DNA from: Emiliania huxleyi CCMP1516
Taxonomy: Eukaryota
DNA: 64,000 bases
Assembly: GCF_000372725.1 (NCBI RefSeq)
Contig: NW_005202428.1
Span: 2,890,670-2,954,669, forward strand
Reading direction: 5' to 3'
Shown here: positions 9,066-19,919 of the stretch, one piece after another
Position numbering within the stretch: the stretch's first letter is position 1
Layout of the letters: every line of letters starts with the position of its first letter
The notes under the pieces: generated by a model
Database searches by the model: none
Told to the model about the DNA's origin: nothing
Seen by the model: only the letters and a program-made list of their open reading frames with translations
Made by a program: the position numbers and the translations under genes

Positions 9066-12000
9066 ATGTCGCGGCGGGTGAGTTCAGCCGAGCTGGCGGC
9101 GCACGCCACCAACGAAAGCTGCTGGATCGTCATCCACGGCGACGTCTACGACGTCACCGACTTTCACCACCCAGGCGGCAACGACCGCCTCTTCGAGCGC
9201 GGAGGCCGAGACGCCTCCGCCGCCTTTGACGCGATCGGGCACTCCATGCACGCGACAAAGCACATGCAGGCCCTGCGTGTCGGCCAGCTTGCTCCGTCGC
9301 CGGACGCCGCCGCCGCCTCGACTTCGCACCTCCCGCCTGCGCCCGCGGCGCCACGCCTCACGCACGCGGACCTGCCCGCGGCGGCGAGCGCGTCATTGGA
9401 CCGAGCCGAGGGCGGTGGGATCGCAGCCTCCTCGGGCCGGCCTCCGCCCACCGTCCCGCCCGCCCGCCCCGCCTTGACCTCGCTCCGGGTGGGGGCGGCG
9501 GAGCTGGCCGGAGCAGCGAGCGGCGGCGGCATCCGCGCGGGAGGCGGCGGCGTCGGCAGCGGTGCAAACAGCGTCGACGGCGCCTTTCCAGGCGGCGGCG
9601 GGAGTTTGGAGCCCGACTCGCAGCGGTGGGTCCTCAAGTCGGCCGTCTTCCACCGCGCTCCTCGGCCGCAGGACCGGCTCTGGTCGACTCGGTGCCGCGG
9701 CTTCCTGCCGGCGAGGAACCCGCCCGAGGAGGTGCCGCAGCCGTACAAGCTGCTCACCGAGCTGGTCGAGGGGCTCCCCGCCGCGCTGGCCGAGGGCTCC
9801 TTCCGGCGCCTGGTCGACGCCCGCGCCGCCGACTTCGCGCCACTCGAGGCGGCCATCCGCGCGGAGCGGGACGAGGCGCTGCTCGAGCGCATCCACTCGC
9901 TCTACGGCTACATCGGCAAGGGGTGCGCGCTCGAGCCCCCCCACCCACCCACCCACCCACCCACCACCTCCCCACCCACCACACACACACACAGCCTTCT
10001 TCCTCTCCCGTCACCCCCTCTCTTCTTCGCAGGTACGTCCTCGAGCCCCCCGCGAGCAGCGGGCCCCGCCCCTCCGCCTCGGCCGCACCGCCCTCCCCGC
10101 CGCCGCTCGGCCGCGTGGCGACGGCGCACGCATCGCTCGGAGACGGCCCGCGGGGCGGGCACATACCCCGACCCTTCTCGGAAGCTTCCCCCCGTAGGCG
10201 CCGGCCTCGCTCGAGGCGCTCGCGCCCGCACGGCCCGCACGGCCCGCCACGGCCGGCGCCGCAGACACTGGAGCCGAGCCCGCGCCGCCGCAGCGCACCA
10301 CCGCAGCGGGCGCCACGCCCGCCGCCGCCGACGCTCCCGGAGCGACGTCCCCCGGCGGCGGGAGCAGCGGAGGAGCAGCCGTCGCGCCGTCGCCGCCGCC
10401 GACGGCGCCGACGCTTGCCGCGCCGGTGCCGCTCGAGCCCGAGGCCAAGGTCGTTCCAAAGTTCCTCTCGGACGGCTGGCTGGCGGTGTCTGCGCGCGTG
10501 GGTCGGCAGCCGACCATCGACTACGCCAACTGCGTGCTCTTCAACTTTGCGCTGCTGCACCCGGCGGGCGGCGTCACTCCGCACACCGCTGCGAACAGCG
10601 TCTCCTCACACCTTCTAGCTGCGGACAGGAGGGCGGCATCACGCCGGACAATGTGCGAATCCTCAACCGCTTCACTGGCGCGCGACACGGGGCTCTCTCG
10701 GCCCCACCGCACGGCCACGCCACGCTCCACTGCCCGCGTCCCTGTAGGCTTGCTCGACGAGGAGTGGTTCCTCAAGACCCACGTCATCATCGAGTCCGAG
10801 GCGGCGGGCGTCGTCTCGGCCGTCTACGACGCCGCCGCCGCAGTCCGGCGTTGCGACCTCGACCGCCTGCTCGCCCAGCTCACCTGGCTGGAGCAGGCGT
10901 ATAATATAATAGAATAGAATAGAATATAATATAATATAATATAATATAATCACCTGGCTGGAGCAGGCGCTCTCGCACGTCGCGTCAAACACGCTGCGCC
11001 TCATGTTCGAGCGGCGCGACGAGGACCGCCGCCCACGGCGGCGAGACACTGCCGTCGCGCAGCCCTCACCGCCCGCTGTTGCGCCGCAGGACGGCTTCAT
11101 GTGCGAGCCGGACGCCTTCTTCCACCGCGTGCGGCCGCTCATCTCTTCGTGGACGGCCCTCTTCGAGGGGCAGTACGACGACTCTTCCGCGCTGCACGAC
11201 CTCACCTCCCAACTCGAGGCGCTCGACCGGCCGGAGGCGCGACGCGTGCAGTAAGCCTCCACCAAGCGTCACGACACGGCTCTCTCTCAGGCGGTCGAGC
11301 GGCTCGAGGCGGCGGCGGCGGCGGCCGGGTCCGGCCTGCCCGACCTGGCCCGCCCGCGACCCCTCGCCGGCGTGTCGAGGCTACGCCTACGACACGTCCA
11401 CGGCGCGTCCCGTAGGCGCCGCACCGTGAGCACCTCCGCCGCCGCATCGCCTCGCTGCAGCGGCGCAAGAGGCTGTGCGGCCCGTCGGGCGCCATGTCGG
11501 CCATCCTAGACACTTCCTAGACACTTCCTAGACACTTCCTAGACACTTCCATGTAGGCGCCATGTCGGCCATCCTCCCGCTCTGCGACGGTTTCCTCGGC
11601 ATCTCGATGTCGTCCGAGGCGCTCGGCGCGATGCTCAAGGCCTTCGAGCAGTACATGCCCGCGCCGCACCGCGATTTCCTCGACGACGTGCGCCGCCGCC
11701 CCCTCCGCCCCCTCATCGTCCGGCTGCGGGAGGCGGCGCGCCGTGCGGGCAGCGGCGTCGGCAGCAGCGGCGGCGGCTCGCCGGCGTCGCTGTCTGCGAC
11801 CGCCGACACGGGCGGTCCGCACGTCTCGCCGTCTCCAGGCGGCGGGCGCGGCGGCGGCGGCGGCGAGGAGGCGATGGCGTCGGGCGGTGGTGCGGCGGGA
11901 GTGGGTGCCACGGCGGGCGCGGGCGCCGGCGCGGCGGAGGACGAGTCGTGGCCGGAGTGTGCCATGGCGACGTTCGAGGGCGACGAGGCCTTCCACGAGG

Positions 12001-14119
12001 CGGGCTCGGCCTCTGCCTCGCCGTCTCGCGGAGCATTCGGTCAACCTTCTCGCAGCTTTCCCACAGGCGGCCGTCGAGTCGCTGGTCGACCACTACAATG
12101 CGGTTGTGCGGCGCGTGCTCGACTTTCGGTGGCGCCACCTCTCGTACATCGAGGAGTACGTCATCAAGCCCTCGGGCGGGATGGCCACCGCGCGGGGCAC
12201 GGGCGGCACGCCCGCCTTCGCCTACCTCAACCAGCACATCAACGACACCGAGGCGGCCCTCATTCCGACCCTCACCTCGTCGCCGCTCCTCCGCCCCCCC
12301 GCCGCACACGCCCCGCCGGATTGGAAGCTGCCGGCTGCCGCCTTCGCCGAGGCTGCCCTCACGCTCCACGCCGGCCAGCGCCTCGGAGCGGAGCACGCGG
12401 CGGCCGGCGAGCTGTGGGCGGTGACAGACGAGCGGGGCCTGCTGCCCGCGCGACCCCCGCTCGACCTCGACGGCCTGCCTGCTGCGTGGCGGGCCGCCGT
12501 GCGCCTGCTGCGACGGCTGCCCGGCGCGTGCGTCCCTCCCCCAACCTTCCGCTCGCTCGTCGCCGCCGCTGCGGCGCGCGGCGACTTCCCCCCGCCCGCC
12601 GCGGTCGCCGCGCTGCCCAGCGAAGACTCCGCGGAGCGAGCGCGTTGCGTGACCGCTTACGTGCTCGCGGGCTGGCGCGCCGCCAAGCCGCCTCCCCAGC
12701 GCGAGCCTCCCGGCCTCGCTGCCTCCCCGGAGGCGCATCGTCGTTCGTACGCCGAGGGCGGCGCCGCGGCGAGGCGCGGCTGGTGGTGCCGCGCCGCTCT
12801 CGCGCGGAGCCAAGCCTGCCTCGCGACTGTTCTCCTCACTTCTGGCCCGTCTGCCCGGTAGGTGCCACCGCCACCCGCGCCACGACGACCAGCTCGACGA
12901 CCCTGCCGCACCCGACGACGCGTCGCCGCCCCCGACGGCGGACCGCGACACCGAGGAGACGCCGCCCGCGCCGCTGCTCCTTCTGCACGCGGCCCTCTGC
13001 GGGAGGGTGGACCGGCCGTCTCGTTTTGGGGTTGCGGAGCTGCTTCTCTACAATTGGCGGCTGCTACCGCCGCTCGGCGGGGACGAGCCCGCCGAGGGCG
13101 AGGGCGAGGGCGAGGGCGGGGCCGAGGGCGAAGGAGACCGGCCTTCGCTACGCAGGATGCGGCGCGTCGTGCCGTGCCAGCGGTTCGTGTGCTTTGAAGA
13201 GGAGGACTGGTTTGTGCGGCTGCACGTCACGCTCGCCGGCGAGGCGGTGCGAGGCTTCCTAGACACCTCCTAGACACTCTCCTAGACACTTCCCATCCTC
13301 CGGGGTCCCACGGGCGCCTCCGCGCCTCACAGGGTCGCTTGGTCGAGGCGGCGCGGCACTGTGTGGGCGCCTGCGACACGAACGAGCAAGTGCGCGCGCT
13401 GCAGTCGCTCGAGGGGGCGCTTGAGACCCTCGTCAGGGTGAGGGGGCGCGGGGCCTTCCTCCCCTCCCCCGAGCTCTCCCACTGATTATGGCTGAGCTCC
13501 CCAGGTGCACTATGTCGCCGGCATTGGCCAGGCGCCTGGCGCCGACGCGCCAAAGGTCACGCCGGCGCTGCTGATGGGGCGGATGCACCGCTTCTTGCCG
13601 CCGTCGCCGCCGGAGCTCGGCCTCGCCTCGGAAGCGGAGGCGCGCGCGGTGCGGGTCTACTGTGCGAGCGGCATCGACCAGCCGATGGTGCTGCACTTGC
13701 TCGGCGTGCATCGCGGCGGCCACGCCATCGGCCGCTTTCGCGAGTGGCAGGCCTCTGCCGATCTGCCCACGCCACACCGCGCGTTCCTCGCCGACGTGCG
13801 GTGCTGCACGCCCATGCGCGAGCGCGTCGAGGCGGCTGTCGGCGGTGAGCGGCTCGCGGTGCAGGAGCTGGCGCGGCTCGAGCTCGCGCACAACTCGTGC
13901 ATCGACATGGCGCTCCGCCTCTTCACTCGCCGGTATGAGCTCGTGCGCGCGCTTCTCGGCGTCGACGCGCTCGCCACCAGCTGGCAGCACGAGCGTGGCC
14001 TCATCCAGGAGGCGCGGCTGAGGCTGCTCGTGGAGCGACGCGAGATGGAGGGGCCGCGACGCGGCCTCCCCACACGCGCCCATGCCTACAAGCGCGAGCC
14101 CACCGAGCGAGGCCGGTGA
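9066..14119 (+). CDS. IDO: Cytochrome b5 - indoleamine 2,3-dioxygenase - degenerate second IDO domain fusion, multi-exon
   Basis: b5: CWIVIHGDVYDVTDFHHPGG...GHS. IDO-1: RGFLP, QPTIDYANCVLFNF, FTGLLDEEWF..H..IE, FFHRVRP, GPSGAMS, YMPAPHRDFL, FRWRHLSYIEEYVIKP, GTGGT. IDO-2: RGLLP, LLYNW, EEDWFVRLH, LPTPHRAFL. Confidence 0.85.
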
Positions 14120-14431
14120 GGGCCTCGGCGAGCGTGCTGCGCAAGAGAGACGTGTGGTTTGTGTCTGCCGCTTGCTACGTACGGCTTTACAGAGGTTGCA
14201 CTGTTGAGCAGAGTCTTATACTGAATATGAGCGAACGCACCGATATAACGCAACGACCAACGTCCGACGACGGGCTCGAAAAATAAAGCCGTATATGCCG
14301 AGCCCCCGCGAGACACACTGTACGCGCGGTCTATACTGTATACACGTACGGCTACGGGGGCTACACGGCTCTATGGACTATACCTTTCTGAGTGACATAG
14401 GAAGGCATATGCATCCCTTCAGCTTCACAGG

Positions 14432-17431
14432 TCACAACTCTTCCTTGAGCAGGCTTCCGGCGGGAAAGCTATCACCGGCCGCCTCGAGCGCGTAGCCTGC
14501 AGGCCGCTGGCTCAGCCTGTTTGTCTCGTAGCCCATGAAGAGCACGATGATGTATCGAACCCCCCGCGTGATCGGGTGACCGCCGTGCTCCACCTTGCCC
14601 GGAAAAAGGACGGCGTGGCCGGCGGCGGGCGCGTCGACCGCACGGCCGAGTCCGCGGAACCACGTCCCTCCGCCGTCGTACTCTCCGGGGTCGTTGAGGG
14701 CGATGGTGAAGCTGAGCAGCGACTGGTCCGTGTGCGTGGGCAGGGAGGCCTGCTTGGTCGCGTCGTACCGCACGAGGAAGCAGTCGAGGACGCGCAGAGA
14801 GCTCGCCAGGGGAGCCGCCTCGGGGTAGCACGCCGAGAGGGCAGGGAGCAGCAGCGTGCGCAGCGCCTCGTTGAAGGACGGGAGCAGCTCGTCGAGCGAC
14901 GTCAGCGGAATGTCCGTCGTCGCCACCGAGTGGTGCCTCGCCGTCGTCCAGCCGCCGGACCGCGCCGCCCATGCCTCGGCCGCTGCGATGTAGCGCTCGC
15001 AAGTCGGCTTGGGCAGCAGCGGCCGCTGCGACACAAACACCCTCGGCCGCTCGCCAAAGGTCTCCGCTCCCGCTTGCAAGTCAACTGACTCGGGCCGGCT
15101 GCCATAGGAGCCCTCCGGAAGAGGGATGGCGGTGAACTCGGACGCGAAGGTGCCGCCGCCCGGTGCTCCACCACTCCTCGGTGCTCCGCCACCAAAGAGG
15201 TCGACCGTGATCTGATCGGCGGACCTCGGAGCGAGGGGGAAGGCGGCTGCACGCTTCGCTTCGGCCCGGAGAGCCGCGTGCGACGGGGCGCGCTGGACGC
15301 CCGCAGCGTACACGAGCGACGACTCTGCGAGCTCGCCGGCGAAGAAGAGGGACGTCCCGAGGTCGTTCCAGACATCGCCGCTCGCCGGCGAGAGCCGGAG
15401 GGCCTGGGCGAAGGCGGACGTGGCGGCGTCCTGCGCCTGAAGCCTCGACGCGAAGTCGACCGCGAGAGGGGCGCCGGGGTCGCGCATGCGGGCCACTTGT
15501 CCGTTGAGCGTCTGGCCGCGCTGGTGTAGCATGGGGGCGGACGCGTCCGCGAGCATCGCTCTGGAGGCTGGGAGGGACGGGTGATCGGGCACAGCTGCGG
15601 CAAAAGCCTCGAGGAGTGCAGCCGCCTCGCTGTCCTTGGCGTGGGTGTAGAGGAAGTTGAGGTGGAAGGAGAAGGCGTTCGGAGAGGAAGGGTCCGCGGC
15701 GCTCGCGTGCTGTAGCAGCCGAAGCGCGTCTCGCTCGAGGCCTTTCCGCTCGAGGAGCTCGAGCGCCTCGTTGGAGCACTCGAGCGCAGACATGGAGCCG
15801 CCGCTGAGCACCAGGCGTGTGGGTGCTGAAAGACCATCCGGCGGCTCCTCGCCGGCGGAGTCGGCGCCGGCCCTGCTGCCCGCCGGCTCAGCGGACTCGG
15901 CAAGCGAGCACGCGGCCGAGGAGGGGCGTGGAATGAGCGCCGCCCCCGCGCACAGCATCACGTCGTCTCCGCCCCGCCCGGCGCGGTTGGCATGCCATTC
16001 GACCTCCTCCAGCGTGGTCGTCGCTCGCATCGCCTCCGACGTGCACGTCTGGCAGAGCGCGCCGCCCCGCAGCGTCGCCTCATTGTCCGCGAAGCGAACC
16101 TTGTGGAGGCGCACCGTCGCCCCGCGGCTCGCGATCGCCCCGCCAGAGCCCAGCACCGCCCGGTTGGCCTCGAAGGCGCACTCTGACGCGTCGAGGGTGG
16201 CGCCCGGGAGGAGGAGCAGCGCGCCGCCCCCACTGAGCAGCGAGCGGCCGCCGCGCAGCGTGACGCGCCGCAAGGTGAGCGTGGCGTTCGCCCCGACGAC
16301 AAAGAGGCGAGAGGCGCCGCCCGCGTCGAGCACCGCCCGCCTGCCCTCTGCGCCGCCGTCCGCCTCGACGGTCAAGTGCGCGCCGCCCGGCACCAGCACG
16401 CCGCTTCTGTCGCCTTCGGCGTGCCGGAGCCGAAGCGCGCGCCCCGCGGGCAGCCGCACGACGCAGGCGGGGCCGGAGGACGAGGACGGTTCGGACGCTG
16501 TCGTCGAGGCGCGGGACGCGAGCGACGGGAAGGCGGCGAGGAAGTGGCACGGGCCCTCTGCCACCGCCTTTGCCTGCGCCGCCACCGCCTCCCTGTCCCG
16601 GATGGCGATGTCGTCATCAAACTCTGTGCCGGGGACGACGACCTTACTCCCTTCGAGTCTGCCGCTCTCACACGAGCGACGCACGGCTTCCGGCACCGCG
16701 ATGGACGGCTGCAGGGCCCGAGCCGCGTCTCGCAGCTCGCACACGGACGGTGCGCCCGGCCGTGCCGCCGCCGCCGCCGCCATCGCGGCCCTTTCCGGCA
16801 CGCCCGAGGCCACGAGGCTGACACGCAGGCTGGCGAGCTGGAGAAACGGCTGCGCGTGCCACGGAAGCAGCTCAGTCACATCTTCGTACGCGCGCAGCGC
16901 TGCCTCGAGCTCGCGGCGCTGGACCGCCGTCTGGGCGAGGAGGAGGAGGGCCTGGCTGCTGTGCACGTCGAGGGCCGCGGCGCGTAGCATCGTCGCGGCG
17001 GCATCCTCGAAGCCTCCTGAGGCCGCCTGAGCCTTTCCGAGGTCGAGGAGCACGGTCAACTTTGTGGGATCGAGCTCTGCGCTGGCGGCGAACGAGGCGG
17101 TGGCCTCGTCCCACCGCTCTTGGTCGGCGAGCGCGCGGCCCAGAAAGTAGTGAGAGTCCCACCGCGTCGCGTCTGCGGCGATGGACGCGCGGAAGAGCGC
17201 CATGCCTCCCTCCACGTCCTTCCGCACGTGCATGGCTATGTTGCCGCGGAGCATGAGCGCCTCTCCCGGCAGGCCCTGCTCGGCCTGCTTCAGCAGCGAA
17301 TCTGCGCGGTCGCCATCGCCCCTGCGAGCGGTCGCGCGTGCCTCCGCAATGAGCTCGGCGGCAGTCTGAGCAGCAGCGGCCCGTCGGACGGCGAGGACGG
17401 CGAGGATGGCGGCGAGCCAACGAGATTGCAT
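14432..17431 (-). CDS. Secretory-pathway TPR + parallel beta-helix + TPR + 2OG-Fe(II) oxygenase (prolyl/lysyl hydroxylase-like), C-terminal KEEL
   Basis: Intronless 999 aa from ATG 17431; signal peptide MQSRWLAAILAVLAVRRAAAA; TPRs; GGA/FxxN repeats; FLVRY...HTD...EYDGGGT...H...RY. Confidence 0.9.
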   Translation of the reverse strand: MQSRWLAAILAVLAVRRAAAAQTAAELIAEARATARRGDGDRADSLLKQAEQGLPGEALMLRGNIAMHVRKDVEGGMALFRASIAADATRWDSHYFLGRALADQERWDEATASFAASAELDPTKLTVLLDLGKAQAASGGFEDAAATMLRAAALDVHSSQALLLLAQTAVQRRELEAALRAYEDVTELLPWHAQPFLQLASLRVSLVASGVPERAAMAAAAAARPGAPSVCELRDAARALQPSIAVPEAVRRSCESGRLEGSKVVVPGTEFDDDIAIRDREAVAAQAKAVAEGPCHFLAAFPSLASRASTTASEPSSSSGPACVVRLPAGRALRLRHAEGDRSGVLVPGGAHLTVEADGGAEGRRAVLDAGGASRLFVVGANATLTLRRVTLRGGRSLLSGGGALLLLPGATLDASECAFEANRAVLGSGGAIASRGATVRLHKVRFADNEATLRGGALCQTCTSEAMRATTTLEEVEWHANRAGRGGDDVMLCAGAALIPRPSSAACSLAESAEPAGSRAGADSAGEEPPDGLSAPTRLVLSGGSMSALECSNEALELLERKGLERDALRLLQHASAADPSSPNAFSFHLNFLYTHAKDSEAAALLEAFAAAVPDHPSLPASRAMLADASAPMLHQRGQTLNGQVARMRDPGAPLAVDFASRLQAQDAATSAFAQALRLSPASGDVWNDLGTSLFFAGELAESSLVYAAGVQRAPSHAALRAEAKRAAAFPLAPRSADQITVDLFGGGAPRSGGAPGGGTFASEFTAIPLPEGSYGSRPESVDLQAGAETFGERPRVFVSQRPLLPKPTCERYIAAAEAWAARSGGWTTARHHSVATTDIPLTSLDELLPSFNEALRTLLLPALSACYPEAAPLASSLRVLDCFLVRYDATKQASLPTHTDQSLLSFTIALNDPGEYDGGGTWFRGLGRAVDAPAAGHAVLFPGKVEHGGHPITRGVRYIIVLFMGYETNRLSQRPAGYALEAAGDSFPAGSLLKEEL

Positions 17432-17524
17432 TTTTCGGTCGCGCAAGAATAACGCCTGCGTGAATGTGAGGCTGATGACTGCACTCCAAGTGCTCCAAGT
17501 GCCTACGCTGAGCGGAGCTGGGAA

Positions 17525-17984
17525 TAGGATTATTGGGCTCAACCCGGTTTGCCTCTCGCACCCCGTCTGTTTTCCTTTCCTTTTTTCTCTACAACACCCT
17601 CTCTTTTCCTCTCTATTTTCCGGGAAAACTGCGTGGAAATCGTCAAATTTTTGGCTCTGAGCCGAGTCTGAGGCTGGTTTGGGCCCCAAATCAGCCAAAT
17701 TTTAGGCCAAATCGTCAAAATGCCGGGAATTTCGCGGAGAACCCGTGTATACCTGGAAATTACCCTGCGACCGCCTGGGTATTTTGTCGATTTCCTCAAT
17801 TTTGCCTCAGATTTTGCCCCAGACCAGCTCTCAGACTCAGGGAAACTCGCGAGTTTCCAGAATGGAGCACCAAACACCCTCTGTTTTCCCTGGAAATTTC
17901 CGGAAACGCAAAGTGCTGGGGACCCTCTGGTGTTTTCCTTTTTGTTTTCCGGAAAACTGGGTTGAGCCCAAAATAGGAATCCTA
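17525..17984. mobile_element. AT-rich MITE-like element with imperfect TAGG...CCTA TIRs
   Basis: TTGGGCTCAACCC and GGGTTGAGCCCAA near the two ends; internal TTTCC/GGAAA motifs; no TSD seen. Confidence 0.55.
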
Positions 17985-19190
17985 GGACCGCCGCAAGCGG
18001 CGTGGCGTGGAGCGATTGAGCATCCCTCCGGGGGCCCCTCTGCGCCGGGGAGGCGTTGTTGGAGGCTAGGACGCAAGCGTCCGTCGCCCTTTTCAAACTC
18101 GGGGCCCACTCCGCTACGCTCCGACGAAAGCCCCGAATTTGGTTTTGGAGGGCCTAAAAGTTTAAGGTGTTGCTGCGCAGAAGGGGTCGGACACAGGGCG
18201 CAGCTCATGCTAAGAGCTAGAAGGGGAGATAGAGAGAACAACCACCCCTGTCTCGTTATTGCGCACACCAACACCGTCACACCAAAAAGCTCTGTCCTCC
18301 GATCAAAATCGGCTCCTCACTCAGGCTCTCAGGGGGGTCACTCAAGGCACAAGGGGGTCACAAGTACTCGAGTACCGAGTCCCTGTCTAGCTGCCACGTT
18401 CAAAAAGTCAGGACGCACGGCGGCAGTGATGGTGCTATTCGATCCACGGACGGGCATGATCAAGTGGAAAGTGGAGAGAGGGCGGTATGGGGTAGTAGAG
18501 CAGGCGCTTTGTGGGTGTGGCGGGTATGGGCGGCGGCGTTGGGTTGCCGGCCGAATCGTTAGCGGAGCTCCTCCCTCAAGCTCGATCACGCATGTGACGC
18601 AGCCACATTGACGTGTCGCCCCCTAGGAGCTAGGTCGTCCCCCAGCGGCGGTGCTGCGCGGGAGGCGGCCGCGGGACGCTGGGCTCGATCAGCGGCTTCC
18701 CCTCAAGTTGCGCCGAAAGCACGGATTTGGCGGACGTTCCTGGTTTCAACTTTACGGATGTCTTGGGCCTCTTGGCACCAGCTGAAGGCTTGCACGGGCC
18801 AGATCGCCCCCTCTCGCCACGTATTCGGATTTTGCTATTTGTTCGTGTGGGGGTATTCCGGATTTGTCAATGGTACCACGCGTCTGCGACGCGGGCGCCT
18901 TGCTTGCGGGCAGAGCCCTCGAGCAGAGCCCTTAGCCACCCTTTACATACATCTTGCCGCGGTCAAAATAACTTGACGTTCGTTTCTTTCTTTCTTTCTA
19001 GTTGATGCAGCCCGAACGAGTAGTGGCCTGATATGGATGTAGGAAGGCGAAGAACAGTCCGGACTGGCGCCAAAAGAGAAAAACCCGCATCGCAATCACG
19101 CTCACGGGGGAACCTGGACGAGATCTCTTTACGCTCTCGGGCCGAAGCCGGCGTCGTGGTAGGCGCTGACCTGCTGTTGTGTCGCCATCG

Positions 19191-19919
19191 ATGCCGTTCC
19201 CCGACACCATCCCCGAGCTCCGCTCCTCGTGGAGTGCTGTCGAGGGCCTTGGCCTCGAGGCGCGGCTCCACCGCAGCCACTTTCCTGCCACTCCGCCCTC
19301 GCCGCTGCCCTCGCCGCCGCTCCCTCGCCGCCCTCGCCCTCACCGACGCTTGCCTCCATCCACCCAGGCGGTCGGAGTCTTGTTCTTCAAGCGGATCTTC
19401 GAGATTGCACCCGGAGCGCTCGAGCTATTCTCCTTTCGGGACGTCCCCGCGCCCGAGCTCTACGAGTCGGCGAAGCTCAAGTCGCACGCGCTCAAGGTGA
19501 TGAACACGGTCGGCGTCGCCGTCTCAATGCTCGACGACGTACCCGCTCTGCTGCCGGTGCTCGAGGGCCTCGGGAAGAAGCACGTCGACTACGGCGTCGT
19601 GCCGGCCCACTACGAGGTGGTCGGCCAGGCCCTCCTCGACACGCTCGCTCTCGGGCTCGGCGACGCCTTCACGCCGGAGCTGAAGGCTGCGTGGGCCGAG
19701 ATCTACGGCGTCGTCTCCTCCACGATGATCAAGGGCGCAAACAAGGTGCCCGCGCCGGCCTACACCGAGCACGGCAGCTACGCGACCCACTCCGGCGCCG
19801 ACCTCGGCGCCATCAAGGACTCGCAGGCCAACGCGGAGAGCTGGTATACCTCCCCAGATTGCATGCCCCAGAGCGTGCGCTCGTGCGTCTCGTCGCTCAT
19901 GCCCACCAAAAGCGCCTAG
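19191..19919 (+). CDS. Single-domain 3/3 globin with C-terminal extension; GC-AG intron 19260-19367
   Basis: SW in helix A, FFKRIFEIAPGALELFSF (CD1 Phe), KLKSHALKVM (E7 His), LGKKHVDYGV (F8 His), FTPELKAAW. Confidence 0.92.
   Translation: MPFPDTIPELRSSWSAVEGLGLEARLHRSHFPATPPSPLPSPPLPRRPRPHRRLPPSTQAVGVLFFKRIFEIAPGALELFSFRDVPAPELYESAKLKSHALKVMNTVGVAVSMLDDVPALLPVLEGLGKKHVDYGVVPAHYEVVGQALLDTLALGLGDAFTPELKAAWAEIYGVVSSTMIKGANKVPAPAYTEHGSYATHSGADLGAIKDSQANAESWYTSPDCMPQSVRSCVSSLMPTKSA

Noticed and set aside
17432..17698. N-terminal 89 aa of the 1088-aa ORF
   Set aside because: It runs through MITE and repeat sequence; the signal peptide begins at ATG 17431.
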